DNA of 64,000 nt. Source: Camelus ferus. Lineage: Eukaryota. The stretch lies in contig NC_045697.1 in the NCBI RefSeq assembly GCF_009834535.1, positions 73,968,001 to 74,032,000 on the forward strand, in the 5' to 3' direction. The notes under the pieces are model-generated. The model saw only the letters and a list, made by a program, of their open reading frames with translations. It did no database searches and had not been told where the DNA came from. The position numbers and the translations under genes are program-made. Positions 24,970 through 38,218 of the stretch are shown piece after piece; within the stretch, counting starts at the first letter, position 1, and each line of letters begins with the position of its first letter.

Positions 24970-25946
24970 AGAAAAGATGTGTAGCAAGTCACAGAAATTC
25001 TGTGGAGAATTTGGTATGCACAAAAACTACAATATTGAGGGTTTGAGCCAAATTCACCTAAATCTTCAGGTAACAGAAGGCCCGGCTGACATCTGGGTTA
25101 CACATTTATTTCCTTGTCAATGAGGGATCAAAAATACATCACTGGTCTGCTATAAAATAAATATAATGAATTATAAGGAGTTAATACATCAAAATGATGT
25201 ACAAATGGCAGGATGTGAAAATTAAGCCAACACCAATTACAATGGAAACCATTTGAATAAGCACAATTCCTAATGATACAACTCATGAAAACAAGCCACC
25301 TCTACACGCCGACTGAAAATAACTTGCCTTAACTTGGTAAGTGAGACTGCATTTGCTTTTACAATTATCAGAAAATTCTACATGAAATTTACCCCTGGAT
25401 CTCTGCCTTTTAAAAATTTAATCATACCGATAACATCGAAATCAAAACTGTCCATAAGGGGAAGCCATGAAAGAACCACTTAAAATAGGACAGTGTATTA
25501 TTTTGAAGAGCAAAGAGATTATGCAAAAGATGTTCACCCTTCTAATTACTGGACAGTTTTCAACTTGCTCAAGTTCACATCCAAACTGAGATCTAACATA
25601 ACCCATGTGGTATCAGCCCTATCGTCTAAGCCTCCAGCCACTCTTTCATCACGAGCCACTTACTACAACATCTAAGGTAAGTCAAGGGCATCCTTAGATG
25701 AATAATCAGTGAAATCATTACTTGAAAGGCGAACAATCCTGTGCCCTCCAATCATGTAAGTAGCTGGGAGCTGACAAGTTAGAAAATGAAAGAAAAATGG
25801 GGTCATGCTGAGGTTAGTTTCAAAAGGCACTCCTTTTCCCTAAAATGAACTTTTTTCCCTTGAATATAAAGATAACATGTTTATTGTAGAAAGTTAAACA
25901 ATAAAGAAGAAAATGAGTAAGAAGGTTAGATGTCACCCCAAATCTA

Positions 25947-26320
25947 CAAGGCTGCTGTAACAAAATAGCACGGACTGAGTGACTTAAACAACACACACTG
26001 ATACTCTCACCATATGGAGGCTGGCAGAAGGCCAAGCTCCAGGGGAGAGCTAGGCTGGGCTCTGGTTAGAGCCGTCTTCCTGGCTTGCAGACAGCTGCCT
26101 TCTAGCTATGTCCTCACATGGCCTCTCCTCTGTGCCAAGAGCACGCGCTGGTGTCTCTTCCTCTTCTTGTAGGGACACCAGTCCAGTCAGGTGAGGGCCC
26201 CACCCTAATCACCTCACTTAATCTTAATTACCCCCTTGAGGGCTCTGTCTTCAAATACAGTCACATCAGGGGTTAGGGCCCCAACATATGAGTTCTGGGG
26301 AGACAGTTCTGTCCATAACA
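25947..26320 (-). mobile_element. MaLR solo LTR (MLT1A-type)
   Basis: ggctgctgtaacaaaata...cttcctggcttgcagacagctgccttct..tgtcctcacatgg...aaatacagtcacat..ggggttaggg..caacatatga...gtccataaca. Confidence 0.9.
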
Positions 26321-26399
26321 TCTCCCATAAAAAGCTTTAAGGATATTTAAATTCATGTTAATAAATTTAGGCCTATATGACCATTTTAATGCTTTTCCT

Positions 26400-27090
26400 A
26401 ATGTTCCCTTGTGTGGATAGAGTATCATTAAAACAATCACACTAATTTAATTTCTTTGATACTCCAAGAAAGTGCTGCAGTGAACACACACCGATGTGTC
26501 TGTGCAGGTGTGTCTGCACCCTTTCCAGTATTCTCCTTAGAACATTTCTAGGAGGTGAAGAGTCACTTGTGGGAAAGGAGACCCAGGGAACTGGCCCAAA
26601 AGAGGCTGTTGTTACCGCTGTAATAAAGCCTTCTGTCTCTGACCTGGGCACCCACAGACCGAGGCAGCCTAATGCTGCTTTTCCCAGTGAGATAACACCT
26701 GAGATGCTTTCCAGCTCTTGAGATATTTTCACCACAATTATGACAGCATCCATTATCTCTTGCCAATGTAGGGTATGATCTATCTCAAGTCTTATCAGGC
26801 TCATAACTTTTAAAATAATATTATTTGTAATTTTTTAACAGGTTCATTGGTCAATTCTACTGCTTTTTTGGTAAATACCTATTTTTCTCTTATGAGCCTT
26901 TTTTTGTATAAAATTGAAAGAGTTGTTTGTATATTAGGAATTCTGGCATTTTGTCTGTGAGGTTAAAAGAAACTATGTTATAAATATCTAAGTATAAGTT
27001 TTTTTGTTAAAGTCAAATCTTAAAATCTTCTGCCTTATGGATTTTTATTTTGGTGTCATGACTTCTCCTCTTCAAAATATGTGAATATGG
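26400..27090 (-). mobile_element. Very old L1 (L1ME-type) fragments
   Basis: gctgcagtgaaca, acatttctagga, ttgtatattaggaa, agtcaaatc...gccttatggattttt..ggtgtcatg resemble antisense L1 ORF2 end; highly decayed. Confidence 0.5.
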
Positions 27091-27145
27091 ACTTAGGCCT
27101 TTGCAGAAATTCAGGGGGATCACAGATTAGCAAGGGTACACGACT

Positions 27146-27176
<31 letters not shown>

Positions 27177-27178
27177 TC
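27146..27178. repeat. (CA)n microsatellite
   Basis: catacacatacacacacacacacacacacac. Confidence 0.95.
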
Positions 27179-27798
27179 TCCCTGATTTATTTATCCAATT
27201 TGGTGAAAGTGAGGAGGCTGCACAAAGCCGAGGCAAATGCTTCATATCGCAATGTGGCTTCCATTGCCACACCCCGGTATGCTAGTGGTGGGGGGCATAC
27301 AGCTCAGCGACACTATCTTGTCCATACTGGGGCTGCCCCGTGCTGTGCTGCAATCCTTTTATACTTAGAACCTACCTCCCCTATTCAGGAAGACTTGCAC
27401 AATCAATTCCTGGGCTTAATTTCATGTAAGAGACCGTTTACCACACCAGCTCTCTTGTACCATACTTAGTTTGGCCACATCTTCATCCCTCTTACTCTCT
27501 TTTTGAAGAATTAAGCTATTCTTATACTTTGACTGGTCCAAAACAGTTTAGATTCATTTTTCAAAGCTTTCCATCTCACTCCCCACCACTCGGGCCACTA
27601 CTATTTTAATTATGATCACATTAAATATGCTATTTAAGGAGCAATGACATCTGAAAATATTGCTATACTTTTTTTTTTCAAGAATTCTTTTACATCCCTC
27701 ACATTTACAGTTTTCTTCACAATATCCTGTGCTTGTCTTGGTAACCTTGACCCTTATTTTTTTGTTGTTGTTGATTATTAATTTAAGTAGTATTATTG

Positions 27799-30700
27799 GT
27801 TCTGGTTCAAGAGGGTGATTTAGGAGGCTCCTGAATTCAACTTCTCCCATGGACATACCAAATCTACAGCTACACACAGAACAAAATCCTCCAAAAAGAG
27901 ATTCAGAAACTCTGAGTGACTCCTACATATTGGGTGAACAAGACAAAAACCCACATCAAAATAGGTGGGAGAGGCTAAGACACAATCTCTCCATAAACCC
28001 GACCTCCAACATGACAACATACAACCAGGAGGGAACCCACAACTCCCAGTTTCTCCCCAAGGAGTGAAGGGTCTGGACCCCATATCTGCTGCCCCAACTT
28101 TCAGACTTCACCCTGAGAGATGGGCTCTCAAAACAATTACCTTTGAAAGCCAATGGGGCCCGAGTCCACAAGGTCCACAAGGCTACAGTTATCTGCAAAA
28201 CAGACCTATGAGGCTTACACGAGCCTCCTTCCTAGAGCCCAGCCCAGAGGCAGCAGACTGATATGGGTCAAGCCTTTCTTTGAAACAGGCCTATCTGCTC
28301 ATCTTAAAAGCTTTAGAAGCCCTGAGGAGCAAGCTTCTAATTTAACACACATCTAGGGGTGATTGTAATACTCTCCAAAGATTGCCAAGGCTGGCAGGTA
28401 ACATCTTCATGCTCTCCCAGCTGCCTCACTTCAGGTTGCCAGTATTTACTGGAAAGGAGCTTGTGCACATGACTGGCAACCTGGCTTTTATGGCTGCCAC
28501 CCAAGGGATGCACTCCTAATCACCTGGATCTGATGGCCAGTGGGGCTTGGGTTCACAGTTTCAATAGAACAGTAGCAAACAAAAATAACAGTTATTAACT
28601 GGCTGTCCTAGGGCTCAGTGCAGAAGGAACAGACAGAAACACCCATCTCCCAGTCACCCCTGAAAGAGGTAGATTTGCATACTTTAAAACCTGAGCATCT
28701 GGCCTCCACTCAGTCCAGCCTCCAATGAACAGGCCTCACTCAGTCTAGTCTGAGGGTCCAGTTTCCACTCAGCCTGCATCTAGAGGCTGTTTGAGACCCT
28801 CCACTTGGGACAATGACAGGTCTTGACATATCCTCAACTGGGAGCCACTAAGAACAAAGAAGGCTGCTTAGACAATCAAAAGATTTGAGAGACAACCAAG
28901 AGCTAGTGCAAGGCTGAACAATAAAGTTTACCTCCTACCTGAAACACCTTCAAGACTGGGAGAGGTGGCTGCTTATCAAATGCACAGAAACAAACACATA
29001 GAGTCGAGGAGAATAAAGAAACAGAAGAATAGGTTCTAAACAAAAGGACAAGATAAAACCCTAGAAAAAGACTTCAATGAAATGGAGATAAGTGACTGAC
29101 CTGATAAAGAACTTGGAATAATGTTAATAAAAAATACTCACCACGGTCAGAACAATACATGAACAAAGTGAGAATTTCAACAAAGAGACAGAAAACAAAA
29201 GAAGGTACCAAACAAAATGACAGATCAGAAGAATACAAAAATGAAACTAAGAAATTCAATAGAAGTGTTGAGCAACAGACAAGATGAAATGGAACAAAGG
29301 ATCCATGAACTCAAAGACAGGACAGTGGAATTCATCCAATCAGAGGAGCGAAAAGAAAAAAATAATGTAAAAGAATGAAGATTTGGGACTTACGGTATAC
29401 CATTAAGTGGACCAATATTCACATTTAAAGGGGGTCCCAGAAGGAGAAGAGAGAAAGAAGCAAGAAACTTCTTTGAAGAAATAATAGCTGAAAATTTCTC
29501 TAACCTCTATTATAGAAGGAAGAGACATCCAAATCCAGGAAGACAGAAAGTTCTACACGAAGACACATTGTAATTAAATTGTCAAAAGTTAAAGTTAAGG
29601 ATAGAATCTTAAGAGCAACCAGAAAAAAACACCTTGTTATGAATGAGGGAGCTGCCATAAGACCATCAGATATTTTTTAGCAGAAACTTTGCAGGCCAGA
29701 AGTGAGTGGTACATTATATTCGAAGTGCTGAAAGAAAAAAATAATGCCAACCAAGAACACTATATTTGGCAAATCGTCCCTTAGAACTGAAGGAGAGAGA
29801 GAGTTTTTCCAACATACAAAAAGCTGAAGGAGTTCATCACCACTAGACCAGTCTTACAAAAACTACTAAAGGAACTTTCTCAAGCTGCAACAAAAGGGTA
29901 CTAATTAATAATGAGAAAACATATGGAAGTACAGATCTCACCAGTAAAAGTAATACATAGTTAAATTCAGAATACTCTAATGCTGTAAGGGTGGTGGGTT
30001 AATCATTTATAAATCTAGTATGAAGGTTAAAAGACAAAAGTAGTAAAAATAAGCACAATAATTTTTTTAATGAATACCCAAGATAAAAAGATGTAATTGT
30101 GACATCAAAAACATAAAATGTGGAAGGGGAGAGTAAAAATGTAGAGCTTTAGAATGTGTTCAAACCAAAGCTGTTATCAACTTAACATAAGCATGTGAAT
30201 ACGTTTCATCTAAGTCTCATGGTGACCACAAAGCAAAAAGCTAGATACATGGATACATGGATACAAAGATAAATGGAAAGGACTAAGGATACCATCACAG
30301 AAAATTATGAAATCACAAAAGAGTGTAAAAGAAAAGGAGAAAGGAATTACAAGACAGCCAGAAAACAATTAACAAAATGGCAATAAATATATACCTATCA
30401 ATAATTATTTTAAATGTAAATTGACTAAATTCTCCAATTGAAACAGAGTGACTAAATGAATTGAAAGACAAAATCCAACTATATGCTGCCTACAAGAGAT
30501 TCAGTTCACCTTGAGGGACATACATGGACTCAAAGTGAGGGGTTGAAAAAATATTCCATGCAAACAGAAGTCAAAAGAAAGCAGGGTAACTATGAGTGTA
30601 TCAGACAAAACAGACTTAAAGACTGTAAGATGAGACAAAGAAGGTTATGACATAATGATAAAAGTGTCAGTCTCACAAGAGGATATAACAATTGTAAATA

Positions 30701-33700
30701 TTTATGCACTCATAGAAAAACCTGAATATATAAAGCAAATATTAATGAACCTACAGGGAGAAATAGACAGTAATACATTAATATAGAAAACTTCAATACC
30801 CCATTTTCATCAATAGGTAAATCATCCAGACACAAAATCAACACCGAAATGTTGAACTTAAATAACACATTAAACCAGTGGGGAGGGTACAGCTCAAGTG
30901 GTAGCACACATGTTTAGCATGCATGAGGTCCTGGGTTCAATCCCCAATTCCTCCTCTAAGAAAAAATAAATAATAAACAAACCTAATTACCTCCCCCCAT
31001 CCCAAACACATACACACACACACACACACATTAAAGCAGATGGACTTAACAGACATTTTCCAGAACATTTCATCCAAAAGTGGAAGAACACACATTCTCA
31101 GGCTCACATAGAACATTCTCCAGGATACATCACATGTTAAGTCACAAAACAAGTATTAATAAGTAAGACTGAAACTATATCAAGCATCATTTTTGAACCA
31201 CAATGGCATGAAACTATTATTTCACAATGGTAAGAAGAAAACTAAAAAATACAAATATGAGCAGATTAAAAACCATGCTTCTGAACAATCAATAGTTCAA
31301 AGAAGATATTGAAGGAGAAATTAAAAAAATCATGAGACAATTGAAAATAAAAATATAACATACCAAAAACTTACAGGATTTAGCAAAAGCAGTTCTAAGA
31401 GGGCAGTCCACAATGATAAACAGCTACATTAAGAAAAAAGATGTCAAATAAACAACCAACTTTACACCTTAAGGAACTAGAGAAAGAAGAACAAAAGAAG
31501 CCTAAAAATAGTAGAAGGAAATAAAGATCAGAGCGGAAATAAATAACATAGATGTAAAAATCCAATAGAAAAGATCAATGAAGCTGATAGTTGGTTTCTG
31601 AAAAGATAAACAAAATAGACAAAACTTTAGCTAAACTCATGAAGAAAAAAAAGAGGACTCAAAAAAAAAATATTAGAAATGAAAGAGGAGCTATTACAAC
31701 TGTCAGCACAACAATACAAAGGATCATAAGAGACTACTATGAACAATTTTATTCTAAAAATTGGGCAACCTAGAAGAAATGGATACAAATATACAACCTA
31801 TAAAGACTGAATCATTAAGAAAAGGAAAATCTGAATGGACCATTTACTAGTAAGGAGATTGAATCAGTAATCAAAAATCTCTCAAGAAACAAAAGTCTAG
31901 GACCAGACAGTTTCATGAGTGAATTCTACCAAACATTTAAAGAAGTAGTGCTAATTTTCATCAAAATCTTCCCCCTAAAACTCATTTTACAAGTATTACC
32001 TGATACTAAAACCACACAAAGATACCATAAGAAAATTACAGGCCAACATCCCACATGAATATAGATGCAAAAATCCTCAACAAAATATTAGCAAACCAAA
32101 TTCAACACTACATTAGACAGATCAATACTGCATTAGAAAGATCTTAACAATGATCAGGTGGGATTTATTCCAGGGATGCAAGAATGGTTCAACATCTGCA
32201 AAATCAATATGATACACCACATTAACAACATGAAGGATAAAAATTACATGACCATCTCAATAGATTCAGAAAAAGCATTGACAAAATTCAACATCCATAT
32301 CCGGTAAAAACTTCTCTCAACAAAGTGGGTTTACAGGGAACATATCCTAACATAATAAGGGTTATATATGACAAACCCAAGGCTAACATCATACTCAGTG
32401 AAAAACTGAAAGCTTTTCTTCTAAGACCATGAACAATACAAGGATATCTGCTAGCCAGTCACTTCTATTCAACACAGTTATTAGAAGTCCAACCCAGAAC
32501 AAATCAGAAAGAAAAATAAGACATCCAAATTGGAAAGGAGATGTAAAACTGTCACTATTTGCAGATGACATGATTTTACATATGTAGAAAACTCTAAAGA
32601 CTCACCAAAAAACTTCTGGAACTAATACACAAATTCAGTAATGTTGCAAGATACAAAATCCATATACACAGCCTGTTGCATTTCTATACACTAATAACAA
32701 GTTATCAAAAAGCAAAATCAAGAAACCAGTGCCATTTACAATTGCATCAAAGAGAATGAAATACCTACGGCTAAACTTAACCAAGGAAATAAGGAGATGA
32801 TAGACCTGCACACCAAAACTGTAAGACACGGATGAAAGAAATTAAAGAGTACACAAATAAATGGAAAGACATTCCATGCTCAGAGACTGGAAGAATACTG
32901 CTAAAATTCCACACAACTCAAAATACACAGATTCACTCAATCTCTTCAAAATTCCAATGGCATTTTTCACAGAAATAGAATAAATAATCCTAAAGTTTGT
33001 ATGGAACCACAAAAGACTCAAAGAGCCAAAGCAGTCTTGAGAAAGAATAAAGCTGGAAGCATTACACTTCCTGATTTCAAACTATCTATATTACAAAGTG
33101 ATAGTAATCGAAACATTATGGTATTGGCATTAAAATAGACACTTGGATCTACTAGAAAAAAAAATAGAAAGCCCAGAAATAAATTCACACATACACAGTC
33201 AATAAATTTACAACAAAGGAGCCAAGTATATACAGTGGGAAAAGGTTAGTTTCTTCAATAAAAGGTTTTGGAAAACTGGACAGCCACAGGCAGAAGAATG
33301 AAACTGGACTCCTACCTTACACCATACATAAAAATCAACTGAAAATGAGTTAAAACTTGAAGGCCTAAATTCATGAAATTTCTAGAAGGAAATATAGGCA
33401 GTAAGCACCTTGGCATCAGTCATAGCCATGAGTTTTTGGCACAAAGCAAAGGCAACAAAAGCAAAAACAAATGGGACTACATAAAACCAAAATGCTTCTG
33501 CACAGCAAAGAAAATCATCAACAAAATGAAAATGTAAGCTACCGAATGGGAGAAAATAGTTACAAATTGAGTATCTGATAATGGGTTCATGTCCAAAACA
33601 TATAAAGAACCCATACAACTTGATAACAAAAACCAAACAAACAAAAACAAAAGAAAAAATTTAAAAACCCAAACGATTCAATTAGAAAATGGGGAGAGAC

Positions 33701-34670
33701 GATTCTGAGCGCATTTTCCAAAGAAAACATACAAATGGCCAACAGTACCATGAAAAAAGATGCCCAATATCACTAATCGTTAGAGAAATGCAAATAAAAA
33801 CCATAATAAGATATCCCTTCACACCTGTTAGAATGGCTGTTATCAGAAAGACAAGAAATCACCAAGTGTTGGGAAGGATATAGTGGCAAGGGAATACTCG
33901 TGTACTGTGGGGGAATGTAAATTGGTGCAGCTACTATGGAAAATAGCATGGAGAGTTCTCAAAAACCTTAAAATAGAATTACCATATGATCCAGCAATTC
34001 CACTTCTGAGATTTATCTGAAGGAAATAAAATCACTATATTGAAGAGATCTTTGCACCCCCAAGCTCATTGCAACAGTTTTTACAACAGCCAAGACATGA
34101 AAACAATCACCATGTCCATTAAAAAATGAATGGATAAAGAAAATATGGTATATACCGACAATGGAACATTATTCAGTCATAAAAGTGAAGGAAATCCTGC
34201 CGTTAGTGACCACATGGAAGGACCTTCAGGGCATTATCTAAGTGAAAGAAGTCAGACAAAGACAAAGATTAAGTGAGTTCACTTAATCTGTGGACTCTAA
34301 AAAACATGAAACTCATAGATACAGAGAACAGATTGGTGGTTGCCAGAGGCAGGGGCTGGGAGTTGGGAGAAATGGGCAAATGTGGTGAAAAGGTACAAAC
34401 TCTCAGTTATAAGATTAAAAAGTACTGGATATAACATACAGCATGGTGGCTATTGTTAACAATATCGTATTTTTGAAAGTTGCCAGGAAGAGTAGATCTT
34501 AAAAGTTTTCATCACAAGAAAGAAAAAGTGTATGTGATGACAGATATTAATTAATTAAACTTATTTTGGTAATCATATCTAATATACACATATATCTAAT
34601 CATTACATTGTATACCTAAAACTAATACAATGTTATATATTAATTATATCTCAATTAAAAAAATAAGTTA
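27799..34670 (+). mobile_element. Full-length degraded L1 (~6.9 kb; L1MA9-like 3' end), ORF1 and ORF2 disrupted
   Basis: 5' end gttctggttcaaga..; ORF1-like ~28990-29900; ORF2 start ATG 30377 followed by endonuclease-type sequence; RT motif SLFADDMIL ~32552-32578; 3' UTR and A tail; TSD aagtagtattattg (27785-27798) / aagaagtattattg (34671-34684); no long ORF survives. Confidence 0.95.
30880..31025 (+). mobile_element. tRNA-derived SINE, Vic-1 type, nested in L1 ORF2, with (CA)n tail
   Basis: ggggagggtacagctcaagtggtag...gggttcaatcccc; TSD acacattaaaccag (30865-30878) / acacattaaagcag (31026-31039). Confidence 0.93.
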
Positions 34671-34850
34671 AAGAAGTATTATTGTTCATTTTGCTTTCTA
34701 ACTACCTACGGTGAGTATATGCAAGAGACATTAACCTTTGTAAATTTTATAGCCAGTCATTTAACTTACCTTTTATCAGCACTAGTAGTTTTCCGGTGAT
34801 CAGCTGCAAACAGTAGTTATACTGTTTTAGTCTTTTTATTTAGCTGTATT

Positions 34851-35028
34851 TAAGGTAGCCAGACAAAATGAAGGATCAGAATATTTTTGTTCATTTAAAT
34901 AACAGATAACTAAGTATTTCCCATGAAACATTTTAGACATCCTAACACTGAAAAATTATTTTTGTGTTTCTGAAATTCACATGTAACTGGGTATCCCACA
35001 TTTTTATTTGCTAAATCTGGCAAGTCTA
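34851..35028. mobile_element. MER53 (hAT-derived palindromic MITE)
   Basis: taaggtagccagacaaaat...ctgaaattcacatgtaactggg..tttttatttgctaaatctggcaagtcta matches recalled MER53; 8-bp TSD gctgtatt / gttgcatt. Confidence 0.8.
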
Positions 35029-35047
35029 GTTGCATTGCTAGCACTAA

Positions 35048-35198
35048 ATGAATCATGCCAAATAACACTGATGATATAGATATATATAAAATATATATAT
35101 AAAATATCATCTATATAAATGATGTAATATAAAATATATATGAATCATGCCAAATAACACTGATGATATATATATTAAAATACATATATAAAATATAG
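35048..35198. repeat. Tandem duplication, 92-bp period, with AT-rich microsatellite
   Basis: atgaatcatgccaaataacactgatgatata identical at 35048 and 35140, each followed by (TA)-rich sequence. Confidence 0.9.
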
Positions 35199-35559
35199 AG
35201 TATATTTTCTATAAATATATATTATAGCATTACTGTATTATTTATTTTACTAGGAATGACTCTACAGTGTTTCTCTAAGTACTTTAACAACTGCTGATTT
35301 TAATATTATAAGTTCAGCAGGGTTAGGAACCACTCACAAATTCATAAACTCAATCTCAGTCCCGTGCCTGTTACATAACACGTGTTCAGTTACTGGTTGA
35401 ATAAATGATAGATATGCTTTGTTATGTTAGCCAAGTTTAATAAAGGTAAAATCACATAGTTTAAGTCATACTATTTTGTAAAGCTATGTAGGGATGTATA
35501 ACTCAGTTAGCAAACAAGACATGGATACATAATCAGATGTGAAATAACACAGAAGAACT

Positions 35560-35790
35560 CAATAGCAATTAAGAGTTTAGGTTCTAGAGTTACACTGCCT
35601 TGGGTCACATCTCACCTCCATTTTTTTTTTTTACTGACTGCCTGAGTCTGAGCAAGTTTCCTCTGAGCCTCAGTTTGTAAAACAAGAACAATGACAGTTA
35701 TCTACCTCGGAGTTAATATGAGGATAAATTCCGTAAACTTGAGGTAAATATTAGCATAGTGTCTGGCACAGAGCATTTTAATGAACGCCA
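35560..35790 (+). mobile_element. MIR SINE
   Basis: ttaagag..ttctagagt..actgcc..gggt; ctctgagcctcagtt; gaggataaat; tagcatagtgtctggcaca. Confidence 0.8.
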
Positions 35791-36005
35791 CCTAACCACA
35801 GAAGTTACTATAACTACTCTTTATTCAACACTCAGCCAGGGCTAAGCGCTCTTCTAAACATTTTACAGGTTATTTTCAGTTTAAATAATAAAATAGCAGC
35901 ATTCCCCTTATAGAAGCCATTCTCTGAAGTAAGAGGAACAAGGAAAATGATTTAACTTTTTCAGAAGTTTGTAAATAGGTAATAGAAGACTTAGAAAAGC
36001 TGAAC

Positions 36006-36795
36006 CAGTGATTCTCAAATTCCTGGTGTTCCTGAGACCAGGAGCATCGGTATTACCATATGTGTTAATTCTCTATTGCTGCTGTAACAAGTTGCCACAA
36101 ATTTAACGATTAAAACAACAGAAATTCCTAACTCACGGTTTCTGTAGGTCAGATGTCTGGACACAGCAGGGCTCGGATGGTTCTCTGCTTAGAGCCTCAC
36201 AAGGCCAAAACCAAGCTGTCCTCAGGGCTGCGCGTTTTCTCGAAGCTCTGGGGGTGAATCCACTTCCGGCTTGTTCAGGTAGTGATCAGAATTCAGTTCC
36301 TCGTAGGACCAAGGTCCTTGTTTCCTTGAACTGCCGGAGGCTGCTCTGAGTTTTTAGAGGCCAAACTCGTCCTTGACCTGCAGCCTCCTTCCTCCATCTT
36401 CCAGGCTCGCCAGGGCGGAGTGAGCTGCACTTCAACCGTCTCCGACCGCTCCCTCCGCTTTCAAGGTCTCGCGTGACTACTCTGGGCCCGCCCAGATAAT
36501 CTGGGATGAGCTCTTCCCTTACAGTCAATTGATTGGGAACCTGAATTCCATTTGCAAAGCCCCTTCACAGCAGTTTCTAGACGGGTGTTTGGTTGAGTAA
36601 CCCGGGAATGGGATTACTGGTGGAACAGCGTTAGTATTCTGCCTATCACGGGCGCGAACTTTTAGAAGTTCAGATTCTCTGGCCTCACCCCAGATTTACT
36701 GAATCAGGAACTCTCAACACGGGCCCAGCAATCTGTGGTTTAACAAGCCCGCCAGCTGATTCCAATTCCTGCGTGCTAATGTTCAAGAAGAGCTG
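36006..36795. mobile_element. MER5A (hAT-Charlie MITE) split by the MLT1E LTR
   Basis: cagtgattctcaaa...gaccaggagcatcgg (36006-36060) and cagattctctggcctcaccccagatttactgaatcag...gggcccagcaatctgtg.tttaacaagccc (36651-36795). Confidence 0.85.
36061..36650 (-). mobile_element. MaLR solo LTR (MLT1E-type)
   Basis: tgtgttaattctctattgctgctgtaacaa...gggcccgcccagataatc...tgcaaagccccttcacagcag...attctgcctatcac. Confidence 0.85.
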
Positions 36796-37500
36796 AGACA
36801 GGTGGAAGGGTTAAAGCGCATGGTTTGATTTCAAAACTTAAAGCCGAGAAAGTCTGTTCTCAATTTTAAAGTGAGTCCCCGAGAGGAATTTACTTGAATA
36901 CATTCTTCTATAATACATCATTATATTAATTACACCAACTATTAATGACACTGGTTACATTCAATGGTGATGAGACTCAATTTAATTTTTAATGGATATG
37001 AATGAAATTTTTGTTTCCCCAAACAGAATTTTTTTTTTATATCTTCCCAAAAAAGAGTGTAGTTTAAGGGGAAAAGTTCTTAATCATGGAGAATAATGTG
37101 TAATTTGGAACACCTGAGGAACTCCAACCAGGTGCCTAGAAACCCCTTTATCTCTGGATAGTTAGGGGATCTGTGAAGGATTTTGCAGTCACCACACATC
37201 ACTTAGTCATCATCTGCCTCGATTTGCAGTTTTTTCATTTCTTCTGACTTCTGAAGTCTGAATTCTAACTCGAGTGAAACGAGATTGATGCAGGAGAAAT
37301 GGGGGGACAAGGGGCAAAAGGAAGAGAGGAGACAAAAGCTGGCTCTAGAAAACAAGTCTTTGGTTTGGTTTCTCCTTGGCCAGATTGTGTGCACAATCAG
37401 TCTGCAAATGTAGGCCAGACGGGCATTATTTCCTGACTAAAACATGTGAAACAAACCCTTTTATCTTACATAACTATATTAATGTTCTCCAGACATTTTT

Positions 37501-37781
37501 AAAAATGAAGTACAGTGGATTTACAATGTTTTGTGTTAGTTTCAGGTATACAGCAAAGTGATTCAGTCATACATTTATACATTTCCATATTCTTTTCCAC
37601 TATGGTTTATAACAGGATATTAAATATAGTTCCCTGTGCTATACAGTAGGACCTTGTTGTTTATCTATTTTATATATAGTAGTGTGCATCTACTAATCCC
37701 AAACTCCCAATTTATCCTTCCCCACCCTCTTTCCCCATTAGTAACCATAAATTAGTTTTCTATGTCTGTGAGTCTGTTTCT
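37501..37781 (-). mobile_element. Short 5'-truncated L1 (3' UTR only)
   Basis: gtttcaggtatacagcaaagtgattcagt...atagttccctgtgctatacagtaggacc; TSD cagacattttt at 37490-37500 and 37785-37795. Confidence 0.92.
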
Positions 37782-38218
37782 CTACAGACATTTTTAAAAT
37801 GAAAAACGAGTAATGTGGCATAAAACCTCTTTGCAAATAAAATGGAAAAGATTGACATAGCTTCTCTAGTCTGTAACATAATACACTTACCTAGGTCATA
37901 ATGGCCCATCACCACGTAAATTTGCCTACTGTCTGTGAAATTTGGGGCTGTGCAATCACAGCTATATATTGAACTTGACAGATGAATCATTATAGGATGC
38001 TTTCTTGAATTTCACTGTATACGTCTTGAAAAAAAAATCTACCAAAATCTCAGGGGATTTTGGCCATATCATCGATTCCTTTTATCATACCTCATACTAT
38101 AGAATCCAGATTCTGGTCAAGCTCAAAAGTCATCACATTACTAGCCTTCTATGTCCACGAGTGTAGTTGAACTCGTTTTCATAATTGCTAGAGACTCATT
38201 AAACTAGTCTATCATGGT

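Noticed and set aside
27799..34670. Active L1 or domesticated L1 gene
   Set aside because: ORF1 and ORF2 are riddled with stops and frameshifts, and ORF2 is interrupted by a SINE.
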